Virus record (IMG/VR): IMGVR_UViG_2671181056_000013
Span: 1-60,485 of that record
Direction: 5' to 3' (one strand)
Length of the DNA: 60,485 nt
Source of the DNA: a virus
Lineage: Duplodnaviria; Heunggongvirae; Uroviricota; Caudoviricetes
Shown here: piece by piece, positions 57,125 through 60,485 of the stretch
Position numbering within the stretch: the first letter of the stretch is position 1
Layout: each line of letters begins with the position of its first letter
Notes under the pieces: generated by a model
Databases searched by the model: none
Told to the model about the DNA's origin: nothing
The model's input: the letters and a program-made list of their open reading frames with translations, nothing else
Program-made: the position numbers and the translations under genes

Positions 57125-57874
57125 GTGAGCCACATGAGCCAAATCTTTTTCGATACCATCGACAACGACCAGTACGACTTCATGACAGAGTGGAATACCG
57201 CTGTTATGGACAAGTGGGTCGCTGAAAACATTGGTTTGTCGCGCTGTAAAGACGAGGCTGAACTCTTCGAGACGAAGTGGTTTGATTACCGAGACATGCA
57301 TCCTCTTATGGCCACCTGTCTGTTTACGGAGGCATACAAACGTCAGTACTCAAATATCATGCTGACGCACGGTCGCGAACACTTTGAAACAGCTCCGTTC
57401 ACCACCGGGTTAAAACGCCTGCCTTATCAGGAGTTGTCGACTGCCAATAAAACGTCTCTATGGAAAGCACGCCAGTTTGCTGACCGCTATTGCTGCTCAT
57501 ACGACTACTTTATCTCCACCGTTCTTTCCGCAGCTGCACGACGGCTGTGGGACAAGCTGCCGCGCCCACAGCATTTGTGGCAGCCAGAGCTGGTTGAGAT
57601 ATTCGAAGAGAAATTAGCCAGACGCGCAACAACCCGTCTGGATGACTCTCTTGTTAGCTTTAAGCATATGGGAGACATGCAGTTCAACCCGATTCAGGAA
57701 AGCTATTTTGAGTGGATTCTGGAGTGTTTGCGCACCATCCCTCGCAGCAAGCGCATACGCGCAATTTTCTCCGCTATCTGGCTAATGGAAATCGTTCCAG
57801 AGCGCCTTATTTCCGCCCACTTTCCAGAAGAACTGGAAGAAGCACGGCGGTTTATTGATCCCCTATCTAATTAA
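57125..57874 (+). CDS. hypothetical protein (249 aa), possibly replication-associated
   Basis: Lies immediately upstream of the DnaB-like helicase. Confidence 0.55.
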   Translation: MSHMSQIFFDTIDNDQYDFMTEWNTAVMDKWVAENIGLSRCKDEAELFETKWFDYRDMHPLMATCLFTEAYKRQYSNIMLTHGREHFETAPFTTGLKRLPYQELSTANKTSLWKARQFADRYCCSYDYFISTVLSAAARRLWDKLPRPQHLWQPELVEIFEEKLARRATTRLDDSLVSFKHMGDMQFNPIQESYFEWILECLRTIPRSKRIRAIFSAIWLMEIVPERLISAHFPEELEEARRFIDPLSN

Positions 57875-57917
57875 CTAATACTAGAAAACAATTTGTTTAA
57901 AAAACAAAGGAAAGCAC

Positions 57918-59258
57918 ATGACAGAACTTTGCCATACAGGACGCGGGCTGTCCGAAGAGTTTGATGAAGATTTCCAGAACAGACTGACGGCATATTTTTG
58001 TCGTGATCACGAGTTTCTTACTCGTGCGGGAGATCTGGTTGTGCCTAGCCAATTTGCCAATGCGGCCAATGCCATATTGGTTAATATGGTTTCGGGCTAT
58101 TACCGTATGTACAAGAGCGCGCCCTCTTCATCTGCAATTCTGGATATGCTTAAGCGTGCGAAACGCGATAAGACTATCCGTGAGGAACTATTCGCCGATG
58201 TTGTTGCTGCGTTTAAGCGCATTCTTGCAGAAAAATTGTCCGATACCTCGTACATGGTTGACCAGGTATCAACCTTCGCAAAAAGTGTAGCGTTTGATGA
58301 TGCTCTGATTAAGGCTGCTGAACTGAAAGAGAAAGGCGACTTTCAGGGAGCGATGGCAATCATGGCTAAGGTTCAGCAGATTGGATCGAACGAAGCGACC
58401 GGAATCTATGACTACTACACCTCCGCAAGTGAGCGATTGAAAGCGCGTGAATATGAGGCTTCAGAGGAGTATGTGCCAAACAGCATTACAACTGGACTCC
58501 CTCTGCTCGATAGGTTGCTGTACCAAAAAGGCTGGGCGAAGCGTGAAATGGTGCTCTTCATGGGGTTCGCTAAATCCGGTAAATCGACCGCAATGGGTGA
58601 GTTTTCCATAAACGCAACGCTTGCTGGCTACAATGTTCTGTATCTCTCGCTGGAGGTTCACACCACCATTTTATCCGACCGTTTTGATGCAAGATTGTCG
58701 GAGACAGAAATGTCCAAGCTGGTGGAACGGCGCGATGAGGTTCATCGTAAGTTGGCAGAGTTGGGAGCCACGAAGGGGATTGGTAGTTTGTGGGTGGTTG
58801 AGCGTCCGTCAGGAAGTATGTCACCGGCAGATCTGGACCGTATGCTTAACAGCATGAAAGCCAACGGCATGGTGCCTGACATGGTTGTTGTCGACTACGC
58901 AGATTTGATGCGTGCCAGTTATGACCTTCGTGATGATCGCGCCAACATTCGTAGTATCTACACCGATTTACGTGCTCTTTATGACAAGCATAACGTTGCT
59001 GGGATCACGGCATCGCAGACAAACCGTGAAGGTGGCGCGTCAGAAGTTGCCACAATGATGCACGCTGCCGACAACATCGAAAAAGTACGTATTGCTGACC
59101 TGGTAATAACGATCAACAAAACCGAAGAAGAAGAAGCGAAAGGAGAGGCTCGTCTCTACTTTGCTGGTTCACGTAACCAGCAGGGAGGGATCAGCATTCG
59201 CGTTAAACAAAACCTCGAACAAATGCGCTTCATTGAGCGAATCTTAGACGTTACCTAA
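57918..59258 (+). CDS. DnaB-like replicative helicase
   Basis: RecA-fold Walker A GFAKSGKST in the C-terminal half; 446 aa. Confidence 0.8.
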   Translation: MTELCHTGRGLSEEFDEDFQNRLTAYFCRDHEFLTRAGDLVVPSQFANAANAILVNMVSGYYRMYKSAPSSSAILDMLKRAKRDKTIREELFADVVAAFKRILAEKLSDTSYMVDQVSTFAKSVAFDDALIKAAELKEKGDFQGAMAIMAKVQQIGSNEATGIYDYYTSASERLKAREYEASEEYVPNSITTGLPLLDRLLYQKGWAKREMVLFMGFAKSGKSTAMGEFSINATLAGYNVLYLSLEVHTTILSDRFDARLSETEMSKLVERRDEVHRKLAELGATKGIGSLWVVERPSGSMSPADLDRMLNSMKANGMVPDMVVVDYADLMRASYDLRDDRANIRSIYTDLRALYDKHNVAGITASQTNREGGASEVATMMHAADNIEKVRIADLVITINKTEEEEAKGEARLYFAGSRNQQGGISIRVKQNLEQMRFIERILDVT

Positions 59259-59339
59259 AAAATAAGCGTGGAGAACACCTCCACGCTTGATTCATTGGTG
59301 AAACAACTTTTCTTTTGCCAAACCACAAAAGAAAAACAC

Positions 59340-60485
59340 ATGAGCCTTTATGTTATATCAACATTTAGATTGGTCACAATATTGCCTGTTAAAAGTGGAA
59401 TTATCGTGAGCGAGCTGAAAGAGCTAATTGCCGAATTAGATTTTGAACAATGGTTGGATACTGAAGGTATCGTTTATCGACGTGGAGGCGTGAGTACTCG
59501 CGGTCGTGAAGTGAATATCAAGGAGTGTCCGGTATGCGGCAGCTCCAACTGGAAGGTATATTTCAATCTGACCAGTGGCGTCGGCAAATGCTTCGCTGGT
59601 GATCATCCCGAAGAGATTCAGTTCAATAAGCTGGTCTTCCTCAAGCACTACAGCGGTAAATCACGACGACAGTTCGAGGAATATGTGCAGAACGCTCTTC
59701 TTTCCCAGGGGTGGGCACCAAAGAAAGAAGAGCTAGTGCTTGCAAGCACAGTCGAGTTAGAGGGGCCAGTTGCACTCCCTCGTCATTACGAGCTTCCTAT
59801 AGATGGCCGTCTTCCAGATTATCTGGTTGAACGAAACATATCACCTGAAATGGCAAAGTATTTTGACCTACGATACTGCGTCGAAGGCAAGCACGCTTAT
59901 GTAGATCCGTATACAGATCAGGTAAAAGGGCAGATATTCGATATGCGAATACTGATACCGGTTTACGATCTGGATGGGGTAATGAAGACATTTCAGGGAC
60001 GAGACATTACCGGTACAGCAGAACGCCGCTACCTCTTTCCTATGCAGCTTCCAGCTTCAGGTAAATTTCTCTACAACGGCCATAATGCAGTCGGCAAACA
60101 GACTGTAGTTGTCTGTGAGGGTGCGTTCGATGTTATGGGGGTCAAACGAGCTATTTTCGACGAAGAAACATTACGTGATTACGTGGAGCCAATAGGAACG
60201 TTCGGGATGCATCTATCTGGCAACACCACTCAGGATGCAGAAGATCAGTTGGGCGCGTTCCTGACGCTCAAGGCGCGTGGATTACGTAATGTGATCATGA
60301 TGTGGGATAGTGAAAAGCAAGCTATACGCAACACGATGGCCGCAGCCAGGCGACTGACCAGTATCGGTCTTAATGTCAAAGTTGCGTGTTTGGGTGAGGA
60401 AGGACTCGACCCGGGCGGTGCAACGCCAGAACAAATTATCAAAGCCTATTATCGGTGGATTTGCCCCTATATTTCCAGACACCTG
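59340..60485 (+). CDS. DNA primase (zinc ribbon plus TOPRIM), 3' end beyond the window
   Basis: CPVCGSS...KCFAGDH zinc-binding motif and TOPRIM-like VVVCEGAFDVMG. The frame is open from ATG 59340 (alternative GTG 59406) to the window end. Confidence 0.75.
   Translation, partial: MSLYVISTFRLVTILPVKSGIIVSELKELIAELDFEQWLDTEGIVYRRGGVSTRGREVNIKECPVCGSSNWKVYFNLTSGVGKCFAGDHPEEIQFNKLVFLKHYSGKSRRQFEEYVQNALLSQGWAPKKEELVLASTVELEGPVALPRHYELPIDGRLPDYLVERNISPEMAKYFDLRYCVEGKHAYVDPYTDQVKGQIFDMRILIPVYDLDGVMKTFQGRDITGTAERRYLFPMQLPASGKFLYNGHNAVGKQTVVVCEGAFDVMGVKRAIFDEETLRDYVEPIGTFGMHLSGNTTQDAEDQLGAFLTLKARGLRNVIMMWDSEKQAIRNTMAAARRLTSIGLNVKVACLGEEGLDPGGATPEQIIKAYYRWICPYISRHL

Noticed and set aside
12166-60485. 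Calling precise prophage att sites or an integrase.
   Set aside because: No recombinase-like ORF or flanking direct repeats are visible in the window, so any att call would be invention.

Overview
The window has two parts. Positions 1-12166 are Escherichia coli-type chromosome: the yehB'-yehC-yehD-yehE fimbrial genes, then mrp (apbC) and metG. The mrp-metG unit is present three times in tandem, with mosaic alleles and abrupt junctions; only the third metG (10085-12118) is full length. The first metG copy is fused after about codon 456 to phage-like sequence that carries a LexA box and an orphan umuD'-like gene. From about 12.2 kb to the window end (>48 kb) the sequence is a siphovirus-like phage genome: an early region of small genes each with its own terminator, a minus-strand cassette with an SF2 helicase, two ParB-like genes plus an ABC ATPase, terminase, portal, capsid, a lambda-like tail (tape measure, M/L/K/I/J-like tip), tail fibre, lysis cassette, a ParA-type partition pair, a DnaB-like helicase and a primase that runs off the end. 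No integrase, rRNA, tRNA or CRISPR array was found. I could not assign any known defence system; the best candidates for undescribed functions are several self-contained cassettes of unrecognisable genes and the repeat families in the phage non-coding regions. All calls come from reading the sequence and ORF translations by eye; no database search or computation was run, and the whole mrp-metG arrangement could also be an assembly artefact.
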